A stretch of 64,000 bases of DNA, from the NCBI GenBank assembly GCA_965113315.1, contig OZ220364.1; one strand, 5' to 3'. How positions within the stretch are numbered: the first letter of the stretch is position 1; each line of letters begins with the position of its first letter. This document shows, piece after piece, positions 63,330 to 64,000 of this stretch. The notes beneath the pieces were generated by a model. The model had not been told where the DNA came from, ran no database searches, and saw only the letters and a program-made list of their open reading frames with translations. A program made the translations under genes and the position numbers. Source of the DNA: Podarcis vaucheri. Lineage: Eukaryota.

Positions 63330-64000
63330 AAGGGAATGTGTGAGTTCCGGCGCCTCTTTTTCTAGAACAATAGCACCGACCACACGAATGCAAGTCTCCC
63401 ATGCAGGTGCTGAGCTCAACCGCTGAGGTCCCCAAAGTATTTTGGGTCCTCGACACAGAGCTTTCGCAAGCCAACTTCGTGGCCACTGGACCTCAACAAC
63501 ACACACCTGCATTTACAAACCCCAAGCCTTGAGAGCCTGACCCCTGGGGCAAGAGTGTTGCAAGACGCAGAGACGGTTAAAGAAGCTCTGCTGTTGCACA
63601 CAGTACTTTTGCGTTGATGAGGCAGCGAGCAGAGAAAGTGCCAACATTTTCCCCAGCGGACGCCTCTGCAAAGGAGCTAGCTAGGCCCCGGGATGCAGCC
63701 CAGCCGGGAAGAGCCGGCTCCTTTCCTCCGCCTCCGCCATTCCACCGATCGGTCAGCAAGCGGCGCCAGATTTCGATGATTCACGCCGAGCCGGCGAGGA
63801 GGCACGCGCGCGCACACAGCCCGACACTTACACAAGCGCACACAAAGCGGCTGGGCGAAGCTGGAGCGGGGCTCCGACGCCGAGCCAGCGGGGAACGGCG
63901 GCGCAAAGCCAGGCGGAACGGGTGGCAGCGCGCGGAGGACGGCAAAGCCCTCTGGCCGAAGGTGAGTGCGCCTGGAATAGCTCGGCAGGGAAACTTGCAG
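63330..64000 (+). promoter_or_regulatory. CpG island promoter and probable first exon of an unidentified + strand gene (donor after 63961)
   Basis: Sharp rise in GC and CpG in non-repeat sequence, GC-box-like CCTCCGCCTCC, consensus donor AAG|GTGAGT at 63959-63967. Confidence 0.7.

Overview
Vertebrate nuclear DNA, almost certainly from a squamate and probably a lacertid lizard, judged from the repeat complement (Sauria/Squam1 SINEs with ACCTTT tails, Squam2- and Squam3-like SINEs, RTE-BovB, L2, CR1, L1, Penelope-like elements, Tc1/mariner and hAT MITEs). The window is essentially intergenic. I cannot support any intact host CDS, and every recognisable ORF in the track is a transposon fragment. 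The right end (~63330-64000) is a CpG island containing what looks like the first exon of an unidentified + strand gene, with a donor at 63961/63962. Several repeat-free, homeodomain-site-rich blocks upstream look like candidate enhancers. The most interesting structures are: (1) a ~1.3 kb non-coding LTR element (2095-3423) with an unusually long tRNAi-Met primer-binding site and a 3' LTR broken just after the poly(A) signal; (2) a Penelope-derived hairpin (30898-31133) carrying two opposed minimal hammerhead ribozymes, one intact and one mutated; (3) a TSD-bounded, doubly internally deleted mini-L1 (46863-49523) with G-shifted ORF2 remnants; (4) a Tigger-like MITE carrying ~670 bp of CpG-island-like cargo (6487-7373); and (5) several chimeric or fold-back retro-insertions. 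Family names come from recalled consensus sequences, not database searches.
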